NCBI GenBank assembly: GCA_017619735.1
Contig: JAFZRT010000060.1
Span: forward strand, 13,036 to 77,035
Source of the DNA: Clostridia bacterium
GTDB taxonomy: Bacteria > Bacillota > Clostridia > Christensenellales > CAG-138
Direction: 5' to 3'
Length of the DNA stretch: 64,000 nt
The stretch's first letter is position 1; every line of letters begins with the position of its first letter. Under the pieces are notes generated by a model. That model saw nothing but the letters and a program-made list of their open reading frames with translations. It was not told the DNA's origin and did no database searches. Positions 47,862 through 56,069 of the stretch are shown here, in pieces. Made by a program: the position numbers and the translations under genes.

Positions 47862-48892
47862 GCCTCGCGCCTCCTTCTGGAGATCATCATCCATATTACG
47901 ACCGGCGCGCCGAATATGCTCGTGACGGTGCCGATATTGAGCTCCGTCGGGGAGAACGCCGTCCTTGCGATAAGGTCGCAGAAGACGCAGAACACCGCCC
48001 CGGCGAGGAACGCCGCGGGTATTACGAGCGCGGGCTTTGAGCTTTTAAGGAGCGTCCTCGTTATATGCGGAACGGCTATGCCGACGAAGGATATGGGCCC
48101 CGCAAGCGCGGTGACGCAGGCGGAAAGCAGGGATGAAAGCAGTATGAGCGCAAGGCGGAACGGCCTGACGGCGACGCCCATGCTCCTTGCGTACCCTTCG
48201 CCGAGCGCATAGGCGCCCATCGGCTTTGAGAGCAGCCATGAGGCGAGCGCTGCGGGAACGCAGATAACGAGCGCGGTCACGACGTGTTCCCAGCTCTTGC
48301 CGGAGAACGTGCCCATGGACCAGTATTTGAGATTGACTATATCCTGCTCCGAGGCGAAGGTGACCGCCATATCGGTCACGGCGGAGCAGATATAGCCCAC
48401 CATAATACCGACGACGAGCAGGAGCTCCATGTTTTTGACCTTCTGCGAGAACAGGAGCACCACGGCGGTTATCATGAGCGATCCGGCGAACGCCGCGGCG
48501 ACCATGACGGCGGGGCTCATCGCGACGCTGCCCGCAAGGAATATCATGGTTATCCCGACTATCATCTTTGCGCCGGAGGATATGCCCAGCACGAAGGGCC
48601 CCGCGATGGGGTTCCTGAAAAAGCTCTGGAGCAGGAAGCCCGATACCGCGAGCGCCCCTCCCAGTATCGCGGCGAGGAGCATGCGCGGCATGCGCACGTT
48701 GAAGAGTATTATGCTCTCCGTCGAGGCGTCCCTGCCGTTTTTCAGGAGCGATATTATCTCGGAGGGGGTTAACCTGACCGAGCCCACCGCGAGATTGAGC
48801 ACCAGCGCGAAAAGAAGCAGCGCGAAAAGAAGCAGCGTTACAGCGGCGAATCTGCGTACGGATACGTTCGGTTTTCTGTCTTCCTTGCCCAT
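47858..48892 (-). CDS. FecCD-family ABC permease (BtuC-like)
   Basis: Start set at ATG 48892 (MGKEDRKPN...) after GGGGGA. About 10 hydrophobic segments. The track ORF extends to 48943. Confidence 0.8.
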   Translation of the reverse strand: MGKEDRKPNVSVRRFAAVTLLLFALLLFALVLNLAVGSVRLTPSEIISLLKNGRDASTESIILFNVRMPRMLLAAILGGALAVSGFLLQSFFRNPIAGPFVLGISSGAKMIVGITMIFLAGSVAMSPAVMVAAAFAGSLMITAVVLLFSQKVKNMELLLVVGIMVGYICSAVTDMAVTFASEQDIVNLKYWSMGTFSGKSWEHVVTALVICVPAALASWLLSKPMGAYALGEGYARSMGVAVRPFRLALILLSSLLSACVTALAGPISFVGIAVPHITRTLLKSSKPALVIPAAFLAGAVFCVFCDLIARTAFSPTELNIGTVTSIFGAPVVIWMMISRRRREA

Positions 48893-48904
48893 TTTCCCCC
48901 GGCA

Positions 48905-48935
48905 ATAAAAAAGAGCGGCAGTACAGGACTGCCGC
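48905..48935 (-). terminator. terminator of the minus-strand cobalamin riboswitch expression platform
   Basis: Minus-strand read gcggcagt-cctgt-actgccgc followed by tctttttta, ending 4 nt before the permease RBS. Confidence 0.5.
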
Positions 48936-48984
48936 ATCCGCATTCATGCAACAAAACTCCCCCGCGTGTCGTACCTTCGGCGGG

Positions 48985-49190
48985 CGATCGGGTCAAGCAG
49001 GTCTTCCGGCTCGCGCATCACAGGTCACGGCACGCCTTCTCAGGGCGTTTGCCCCAATGGCCGATTTTCATCCTGCGCCATGCCTCCGCGCTTACGGCGG
49101 CGGTTCCGCCCGGGTCTTTCACCCGGTTGTCTATTATCCCGCCCAAGCCTTCAGAGCCGATCGGGCAAAAGCGGGCACTTGACTTTATTA
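48985..49190 (-). promoter_or_regulatory. cobalamin (B12) riboswitch aptamer, minus strand
   Basis: The minus-strand read contains aagtgcccg, aatagacaaccgggtgaaagacccgggcggaaccgccgccgtaagc, gccattgggg and the B12-box-like gagccggaagacctgc. These were matched by eye to the cobalamin riboswitch consensus. Confidence 0.7.
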
Positions 49191-49200
49191 TTTCGTTTTT

Positions 49201-49229
49201 ATTGTATTCTCTGCGGCCTGCTTTGTCAA
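49201..49229 (-). promoter_or_regulatory. sigma-A promoter of the cobalamin operon (TTGACA-17-TACAAT)
   Basis: Reverse complement of 49224..49229 and 49201..49206, with a 17-nt spacer. Confidence 0.5.
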
Positions 49230-49275
49230 GACGGCGCGTTCGGCCGGGCGGCAATAAATATATAGGCGCGGATGA

Positions 49276-49304
49276 TTGACATTTTTCATGCCCGGGAGTA
49301 TGCT
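49276..49304 (+). promoter_or_regulatory. candidate sigma-A promoter (TTGACA-17-TATGCT) for the plus-strand riboswitch operon
   Basis: Hexamers at 49276..49281 and 49299..49304. Confidence 0.4.
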
Positions 49305-49321
49305 ATTTACAATCAAATAGA

Positions 49322-49500
49322 TATTTGAGTGCCGGGCTTGGCCCAAGGGCCTTGTCCGGAGAATAGGGAATCCGGTCTGAATCCGGAACGGTACCGCCAC
49401 TGTATTTGCGGAGCGCGCATGATCGACGAAAGTCGGCCATTGGGAAACTGAGAAGGCTTTCATGCGGGCGTCGATGCATAAGTCAGGAGACCTGCTTGGA
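49322..49500 (+). promoter_or_regulatory. cobalamin (B12) riboswitch aptamer, plus strand
   Basis: Contains gagtgccggg, aatagggaatccggtctgaatccggaacggtaccgccactgta, gccattggga and the B12 box aagtcaggagacctgc. Confidence 0.75.
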
Positions 49501-49564
49501 TATTGGAGGGTATGCTTCCCCGCGGCTTACGGGGCGGCAGGCTTACGTTTGCTGCGTGAAAACG

Positions 49565-49600
49565 GTCGCGGCGGGAATGTCCCGCGGCGGCTTTTTGTTT
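49565..49600 (+). terminator. terminator-like hairpin plus T-run of the plus-strand riboswitch expression platform
   Basis: Two 5-bp stems (49565..49575 with 49581..49591) around one G-G mismatch, followed by tttttgttt. Confidence 0.45.
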
Positions 49601-49667
49601 CCCTCAATGTCCTTTTATCTGTTAGAAAACGGGGTTTTTTGCTCCGAAAACAATAGGAGGAACACAC

Positions 49668-50879
49668 ATGAAAACCATAGTAAAGATCCTTTGCATGGCG
49701 CTTGCCGTATGCATGATCGCATGTCTTGCCGGCTGCAAGGCCCCCGCCAAGCCCGACGACAAGCCCGCGGACAACACCGCCGAGCCAGCCGCAAAGACCG
49801 ATAAGGAGCTCGCCGACGAGGTCGCCGCTCTGATCGACGCCATCTACGTCCAGACCCGCACCGACGAGACCGACGCTCAGTGCGCCGCCGCCAAGGCCGC
49901 CTGGGATGCCCTTACCGACGCTCAGAAGGAGCTCGTCGAGGGCGAAGAGGCCGATCCCGACTACTTCGGCCGCGACACCGGCGACGCCTCCAAGGACGAT
50001 CCCCGCAATTCCGACGAGATCGGCGAGAAGGAGCTTCTCGTAGTCTCCTTCGGCACCTCGTTCAATGAAAGCCGCGCTCTTGACATAAAGGGCATCGAGG
50101 ACGCGATCGCCGCGGCCTTCCCCGATTGGTCGGTGCGCCGCGCCTTCACCGCGCAGATCATCATCAATCACGTTCAGGCCCGCGACGGTGAGAAGATCGA
50201 CAACATGGATCAGGCGCTCGAGCGCGCGGTCGCTAACGGCGTAAAGATCCTTGTCATCCAGCCCACCCATCTCATGCACGGCGCCGAGTACGACGAGCTC
50301 AAGGAAGCCGCCGACAGGTACGCCGATAAGATCGAGAAGATCGTCATCGCCGAGCCCCTCCTCGGCGAAGTGGGCGCCGACGCCTCCGTCGTCAACGCCG
50401 ATAAGGAAGCCGTCGCCAAGGCCGTCGCCGCCGCCGCCGCCGCGGACGCGGGCTTTGCCTCCGTTGAGGAAGCCGAAGCCGCCGGCACCGCTTTGGTGCT
50501 CATGGGTCACGGCACCTCCCACACCGCGAAGGTCAGCTATTCCCAGATGCAGGCGCAGATGAACGCGCTGGGCTACAAGAACGTATTTATCGGCACCGTT
50601 GAGGGCGAGCCCGAAGAGACCGCCTGCGAGGCCGTTATCGAGGCCGTCTCCGTCGCCGGCTACAAGAACGTCGTGCTGCGTCCCCTGATGGTCGTCGCCG
50701 GCGATCACGCCAACAACGATATGGCCGATCCCGAGGATCCCGAATCCTGGATCTCCATGTTCACGGCTTCCGCGAAGTTCGAGAAGATCGACTGCCAGAT
50801 AGCCGGCCTCGGCCGTCTTGCGGAAGTTCAGGCGCTCTACGTCGCTCACGCTCAGGCCGCCGTCGATTCCCTTAACTGA
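49668..50879 (+). CDS. lipoprotein with a CbiK-type (class II) chelatase domain, predicted to be exported
   Basis: 403 aa. Signal peptide plus lipobox MKTIVKILCMALAVCMIACLAGC. A charged linker of about 115 aa follows. Then comes a CbiK-like core ELLVVSFGTSFNES...AFTAQIIINHV...IQPTHLMHGAEYDEL...LVLMGHGTSH. AGGAGG RBS. Confidence 0.75.
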   Translation: MKTIVKILCMALAVCMIACLAGCKAPAKPDDKPADNTAEPAAKTDKELADEVAALIDAIYVQTRTDETDAQCAAAKAAWDALTDAQKELVEGEEADPDYFGRDTGDASKDDPRNSDEIGEKELLVVSFGTSFNESRALDIKGIEDAIAAAFPDWSVRRAFTAQIIINHVQARDGEKIDNMDQALERAVANGVKILVIQPTHLMHGAEYDELKEAADRYADKIEKIVIAEPLLGEVGADASVVNADKEAVAKAVAAAAAADAGFASVEEAEAAGTALVLMGHGTSHTAKVSYSQMQAQMNALGYKNVFIGTVEGEPEETACEAVIEAVSVAGYKNVVLRPLMVVAGDHANNDMADPEDPESWISMFTASAKFEKIDCQIAGLGRLAEVQALYVAHAQAAVDSLN

Positions 50880-50881
50880 TA

Positions 50882-51682
50882 ATGAAAATGGACATCAAGA
50901 AAGCTTTTTCATACTTCCTCTGTATTGCCGTCCTGCTCCTTCTGCCCGCCGCATGCGGGCAGAAGCCGGGCGGCGATAAGGCGCCCATCGCCGACGGCGT
51001 CTATTCCGCCGATTTCAAGACGGACGGCTCCATGTTCCACGTGAACGAGGCGCATCACGGCAAGGGGACGCTCACGGTCAAGGACGGCAAGATGACGATA
51101 CATATCACGATGCCGTCGAAGAACACCGTGAACCTCTTCCCGGGCTCCGCCGAGGACGCGCAGAAGGAGGGCGCCGAGCTCATACAGCCGACGCTCGATA
51201 CCGTCACCTATGACGACGGCACGACCGAAGAGGTCTACGGCTTCGATATCCCCGTGCCGTATCTCGACAGGGAGTTCGACTGCGCGCTCGTCGGGACCAA
51301 GGGCAAGTGGTACGATCACAAGGTCTCGGTCTCCAACCCCGAGCCGATAAGCGCCGCTTCCGTTGAGGACGGCGAGTACCTCTGCGCCGTCACGCTCACC
51401 GGCGGCAGCGGGAAGGCGAGCGTCGAAAGCCCCGCGAGGATAGTCGTGAAGGACGGCAGAATGACAGCGACCGTCGTCTGGTCGAGCAGTCATTACGAGT
51501 ACATGACGATCGGCGAAACGAAGTACGAGCCGGTCAATACCGAGGGCAATTCCACATTCGAGATCCCCGTCGAGCTCGACAAGGATATCGCGGTATCGGC
51601 TCTGACGACCGCCATGAGCGAGCCGCATCTCATCGATTACACCCTGCATTTTGACGGCGCAAGCCTCAAAAAGGCGGAATGA
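50882..51682 (+). CDS. lipoprotein of unknown function with two tandem homologous domains of about 110 aa
   Basis: 266 aa with a signal/lipobox LLLLPAACG. Both halves share DG-x-Y ... (T/V)VKDG(K/R)MT ... F(D/E)IPV. Confidence 0.6.
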   Translation: MKMDIKKAFSYFLCIAVLLLLPAACGQKPGGDKAPIADGVYSADFKTDGSMFHVNEAHHGKGTLTVKDGKMTIHITMPSKNTVNLFPGSAEDAQKEGAELIQPTLDTVTYDDGTTEEVYGFDIPVPYLDREFDCALVGTKGKWYDHKVSVSNPEPISAASVEDGEYLCAVTLTGGSGKASVESPARIVVKDGRMTATVVWSSSHYEYMTIGETKYEPVNTEGNSTFEIPVELDKDIAVSALTTAMSEPHLIDYTLHFDGASLKKAE

Positions 51683-51753
51683 CCCTGCGTGTGTCTTCTG
51701 CGTGCGTTGGGACCCGTTTCCCGCGCACGCAGAAGTTTTTTGAAAGGCGATCC

Positions 51754-52881
51754 ATGAAGCGAACAACCGCCCTGATCATCTGCATATGTTTGCTCGCCGC
51801 CCTTTTCGGCTGCGGCAAAAAGCCGTCCCCCGAGGGGCTCGGCAACGGCTGGGAGCCCGTTTCCGAAACGGAGCTCTCGTTCGCGCACGAGTTTTCCATA
51901 GACGAATACGAGGGCGGGTATAAGCTCGTCTCCATCAACGAGGGCGGCAGGTTCCTCATAGTGCCCGAGGGCAAGGCCGCGCCGAAGGGGATCTCGCCGG
52001 ATATCGCCGTGCTTATGCAGCCCGTGAAGAACATCTACCTTGCGGCGACCGCGGTCATGTGCCTTTTCGACGGGCTCGGCCGGCTCGACGCGATACGTCT
52101 TTCCGGCACCAGGGCGGACGGCTGGTACATAGAGAACGCAAGAGCCGCGATGGAGGCTGGCTCGATACTCTACGCGGGCAAATACTCCCAGCCCGACTAC
52201 GAGCTCATATTGAAGGAGGGCTGCCCCCTCGCCATCGAATCGGGCATGATAGGCCACGCCTCTGACGTGAAGGCGCAGCTCGAAAAGCTCGGAGTGCCGG
52301 TGCTCGTCGACCGTTCGAGCTACGAGACCCACCCCCTCGGCCGCACCGAATGGATAAAGCTGTACGGCGCGCTGCTGGGCTGTGAGGAAAAAGCCGACGC
52401 GCTCTTTAACGAACAGGTCGGGCTCATGAACAGCGTCGGCGGCGAGAAGACCGGAAAGACCGTCGCCTTCTTCCGCATAAGCGGAACGGGCTACGCCGTG
52501 GCGAGGAAATCCGGCGATTACGTGAGCCGCATGATAGCGCTCGCGGGGGGCGAATACGCTTTCAAAAACTTGGGCGACGACAGCGCCATGGCGACGGTCA
52601 ACGTCGAGATGGAGACGTTTTTCAAGACCGCGCGCGGGGCCGACGTCGTGATCTACAACAGCACGATAGGCGGCGAGATCGCGAGCATGGAGGAGTTCCT
52701 TGCTCTCAATCCGCTCATGAAGGACCTGAAGGCGGTCGAAAACAGCGCCGTCTGGTGCACGCGTGAGAGCATGTATCAGCAGACCCTGAACATAGGCCGC
52801 ATGATAAGCGAGATCAACGCGATACTTAACGCCGCTCCCGGCGACGAAAAGGAGCTCGTCTACTTCTTCCGGCTGAAATAG
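51754..52881 (+). CDS. ABC substrate-binding lipoprotein, BtuF/FecB-type (periplasmic binding protein class III)
   Basis: 375 aa from ATG 51754 (MKRTTALIICICLLAALFGCG lipobox). The body resembles siderophore/cobalamin binding proteins. The track ORF begins at 51679. Confidence 0.75.
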   Translation: MKRTTALIICICLLAALFGCGKKPSPEGLGNGWEPVSETELSFAHEFSIDEYEGGYKLVSINEGGRFLIVPEGKAAPKGISPDIAVLMQPVKNIYLAATAVMCLFDGLGRLDAIRLSGTRADGWYIENARAAMEAGSILYAGKYSQPDYELILKEGCPLAIESGMIGHASDVKAQLEKLGVPVLVDRSSYETHPLGRTEWIKLYGALLGCEEKADALFNEQVGLMNSVGGEKTGKTVAFFRISGTGYAVARKSGDYVSRMIALAGGEYAFKNLGDDSAMATVNVEMETFFKTARGADVVIYNSTIGGEIASMEEFLALNPLMKDLKAVENSAVWCTRESMYQQTLNIGRMISEINAILNAAPGDEKELVYFFRLK

Positions 52882-52905
52882 CCCTTTGTCATAAAGGAGA
52901 AAAGT

Positions 52906-53211
52906 ATGCTCAGCTTAAACTGGCTCAAGAACGAAGATAACGTCGTATACGGAAAGGACGGAGAGCTGATCCCCGTCCTCGCAAAGGATCTTGCGATCCC
53001 TGATCTTCAAAACAAAATAGACCGCTTCCGCGCCGCCCCCGTGAAGGAGGGCGTCACGATCCGCGGCGGCAGGCGCTCGAGCGTGCTTATATTCATACCG
53101 GATCTCTACTTCGATACCGATATGGTGATGGGCGCCAACGTGTGGCTCTACCTCGGCGAGATGCGCCCCGCCTACTGCGTGTATAAGCCATGGGATCCCG
53201 GCGCCTGCTGA
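52906..53211 (+). CDS. hypothetical 101-aa protein, last gene of the riboswitch-controlled operon
   Basis: AAAGGAGAAAAG RBS 24 nt after the binding-protein stop. No family recognised. Confidence 0.45.
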   Translation: MLSLNWLKNEDNVVYGKDGELIPVLAKDLAIPDLQNKIDRFRAAPVKEGVTIRGGRRSSVLIFIPDLYFDTDMVMGANVWLYLGEMRPAYCVYKPWDPGAC

Positions 53212-53258
53212 CGCACGGGCTTCAAGGCGGTCCGTTTTTGACCGAATACCGAAAACAA

Positions 53259-53295
53259 TACCGGCGCGGGATATGTCCCGCGCCGGTATTTATTT
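53259..53295. terminator. bidirectional terminator between the lipoprotein operon and purB
   Basis: Stem taccggcgcggga/tcccgcgccggta with loop tatg, flanked by A-rich and T-rich stretches. Confidence 0.55.
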
Positions 53296-53299
53296 AGCT

Positions 53300-54715
53300 T
53301 TACACGTCGATATCCGCTTTGTCGTCCGCCGCGCCGCCGAGCATCGGAAGGACGCCCGCGACGTAGGCCTCGACCTGTTCGGGGCAGCGGCCGATATAGA
53401 GGGCGGGATCAAGGAGCGCGTCCATCTCCTCGCCGGTCAGACCGAACTCCGGCTCGTTCTTGAGGCGGGAGAGCAGATCGCAGTCCATGCCCTCCTTCAT
53501 GCGGCGCGTGGCCTCCATGGAGCAGGTCCTGATTATCTCGTGGAGCTTCTGGCGGTCGCCGCCGCGCTTCACGCCCTCCATCATGAGGTTCTCCGTCGCT
53601 ATGAACGGCAGGAACTCCATGACGGTCCTTTCGATCATCTTTTCGTTGACTCGGAGGCCGTCGGTGACGTTCCTCGCGAGGCGGATTATCGCGTCCGCGC
53701 AGAGGAAGCCCTCCGGCAGGGAGATGCGGCGGTTGGCCGAATCGTCGAGAGTGCGCTCCAGCCACTGCACGGAGGCGGTCATGTGGGCGTTCATCGCGTC
53801 CGCCATGAGATACCTCGCGAGGGAGCATATGCGCTCCGAACGCATGGGGTTGCGCTTGTAGGCCATGGCCGAGGAACCGATCTGGTTCTTCTCGAACGGC
53901 TCCTCTATCTGGCGGTCGTGCTGCAGGAGGCGAATGTCGTTCGCCATGCGGTACAAGCTCTGCGCGACGGAAGACAGCGCGTTCATTATGCGGCTGTCGG
54001 TCTTGCGGGGATAGGTCTGCCCGCAGACTCCGTAGAGCTCGCTGAATCCGAAATCGGCGGCTATCATGCGGTTCATCTCGTCGATCTTCGCCTGATCGCC
54101 CTCGAAGAGCTCCATAAAGGAGGCCTCCGTGCCGGTCGTGCCGCGGCAGCCGAGGAACCTGATGTTCTCTATCGCGAAATCTATCTCCGCGACGTCGGAC
54201 ACGAGATCCTGCATCCAGAGCGCCGCCCTTTTGCCGACGGTCACGAGCTGCGCCGGCTGATAATGCGTATAGCCGAGGGTCGGCAGCGCGCGGTACTCCA
54301 TTGCGAAGTCGGCAAGGTTCTTTATCACCGACAGCAGCTCGCGGCGCAGGTACTTCAGGCCGTCCCTGTAGATGACGAGATCCGCGTTGTCGGTGACGTA
54401 GCAGCTCGTCGCGCCGAGGTGGATGATGCCCGCGGCGGAGGGAGCGGCCTTGCCGTACGTGTAGACGTGAGCCATGACGTCGTGGCGGACCTCCTTTTCG
54501 CGGGCGGCGGCGCATTCGTAGTCGATGTCGTCGATATGCGCCTCAAGCTGGGCGACCTGCTCCTCGGTAACGGGGAGGCCGAGCTTCATCTCCGCCCTTG
54601 CGAGGGAGACCCAGAGCCGGCGCCAGGTCTTTATGCGGGTGTCGGGCGAGAAGAGCCCGAGCATGTATTCGGACGCGTATCTCGACGCGAGCGGGGACTG
54701 ATAGATGTCTGTCAT
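53300..54715 (-). CDS. purB: adenylosuccinate lyase
   Basis: 471 aa from ATG 54715 (MTDIYQSPLASRYAS...). Fumarate-lyase signature GSSAMAYKRNPMRSE. The track ORF extends to 54910. Confidence 0.9.
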   Translation of the reverse strand: MTDIYQSPLASRYASEYMLGLFSPDTRIKTWRRLWVSLARAEMKLGLPVTEEQVAQLEAHIDDIDYECAAAREKEVRHDVMAHVYTYGKAAPSAAGIIHLGATSCYVTDNADLVIYRDGLKYLRRELLSVIKNLADFAMEYRALPTLGYTHYQPAQLVTVGKRAALWMQDLVSDVAEIDFAIENIRFLGCRGTTGTEASFMELFEGDQAKIDEMNRMIAADFGFSELYGVCGQTYPRKTDSRIMNALSSVAQSLYRMANDIRLLQHDRQIEEPFEKNQIGSSAMAYKRNPMRSERICSLARYLMADAMNAHMTASVQWLERTLDDSANRRISLPEGFLCADAIIRLARNVTDGLRVNEKMIERTVMEFLPFIATENLMMEGVKRGGDRQKLHEIIRTCSMEATRRMKEGMDCDLLSRLKNEPEFGLTGEEMDALLDPALYIGRCPEQVEAYVAGVLPMLGGAADDKADIDV

Positions 54716-54765
54716 ATTCGGTACCGTGCCTTTCCCTTTTGTATCGCAGGCGCCCTGCGGGGATA

Positions 54766-56043
54766 TCATTTCCTGACTATTATGCTTTCGCGCTCCGGGC
54801 CGACGGAGACGTACGTTATGGGCACGCCTATCTCCCTCTGCACGAAGAGCACGTATTCCCTTGCCTCCCTTGGCAGATCGTCCCACTCGCGCACGCCGGA
54901 GATGTCGCATTTCCAGCCGTCGAGGTATTCGACAACGGGCTTCGCCTCGTCGAGCGCAGCGGGGAACGGGAACTCGCGGGTCTCCTCCCCGCCGACCGTA
55001 TAGGCCGTGCAGACGGGGATCCTGTCCATATAGCTCAGAACGTCGAGCTTCGTGAGCGCTATCTCCGTGGCGGCCTGCATCATGGCTCCGTACCTCGTCG
55101 CGACGAGGTCGATTGGGCCGACGCGCCTGGGCCTGCCGGTCTTGGCGCCGTATTCGAAGCCCGCCTCGCGCAGACGGTCGGCCTCTTCGCCGAACATCTC
55201 GCAGACGAAGGGGCCTTCGCCGACGCAGGTGGAATACGCCTTTACAACGCCTATGACGTCGTTTATCCTGGCGCCGGGGAAGCCGGAGCCGACGGGCGCA
55301 TAGGCCGCGAGCGTATTGGACGAGGTGGTGTAGGGGTGTATGCCGTAGTCGAGATCGCGGAGCGAGCCGAGCTGCGCCTCGAAGAGTATGTTCCTGCCCT
55401 CGTTATGGGCGTCCCTCAGATATTCGCCCGTGCTGCAGACGAAGGGCTTTATCCTTTCGCAGGAGGTGTCGAGCCATTCGCGGATCATATCCCATGTGTA
55501 GGGCTCCGCGCCGTAGACGGAGGTCAGTATGAGGTTCTTCCACTCCATGAGGTCCTTCAGATGCGCTTCGAGCCTTTCGGGATGGAAGAGCTCGCCCGCG
55601 AGGACGGTCTTTTTCTGATACTTATCGGAATAGAACGGGGCTATGCCCTGCTTGGTGGAGCCGAACTTCTTGTCGGCGAGGCGCCTTTCCTCGAGCTCGT
55701 CGAGGTCGCGGTGCCAGGGCATGAGCAGCGACGCGCGGTCGCTTATCTTCAGATTGTCGGGGGTTATCGCGACGCCCTTTTCCATGACGTCGCACATCTC
55801 CTTCCAGAGGTTCTCCGGATCGAGCGCAACGCCGTTGCCAAGCACGTTGACTACACCGTCGCGGAAAATGCCGGAGGGCAGGAGGTGCAGGGCGAACTTG
55901 CCCATTTCGTTTATCACGGTGTGTCCGGCGTTGCCGCCGCCCTGGAAGCGGACGACAATGTCATAATTCTCGGTCAGGAGGTCGACCATGCGGCCCTTGC
56001 CCTCGTCGCCCCAGTTGACGCCCACTATCGCGCAGTTTGCCAT
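54766..56043 (-). CDS. purA: adenylosuccinate synthase
   Basis: 425 aa with NWGDEGKGR and GGGNAGHTV motifs. Confidence 0.9.
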   Translation of the reverse strand: MANCAIVGVNWGDEGKGRMVDLLTENYDIVVRFQGGGNAGHTVINEMGKFALHLLPSGIFRDGVVNVLGNGVALDPENLWKEMCDVMEKGVAITPDNLKISDRASLLMPWHRDLDELEERRLADKKFGSTKQGIAPFYSDKYQKKTVLAGELFHPERLEAHLKDLMEWKNLILTSVYGAEPYTWDMIREWLDTSCERIKPFVCSTGEYLRDAHNEGRNILFEAQLGSLRDLDYGIHPYTTSSNTLAAYAPVGSGFPGARINDVIGVVKAYSTCVGEGPFVCEMFGEEADRLREAGFEYGAKTGRPRRVGPIDLVATRYGAMMQAATEIALTKLDVLSYMDRIPVCTAYTVGGEETREFPFPAALDEAKPVVEYLDGWKCDISGVREWDDLPREAREYVLFVQREIGVPITYVSVGPERESIIVRK

Positions 56044-56069
56044 GTGCTTGTTCCTCCGTCAATGATCCA

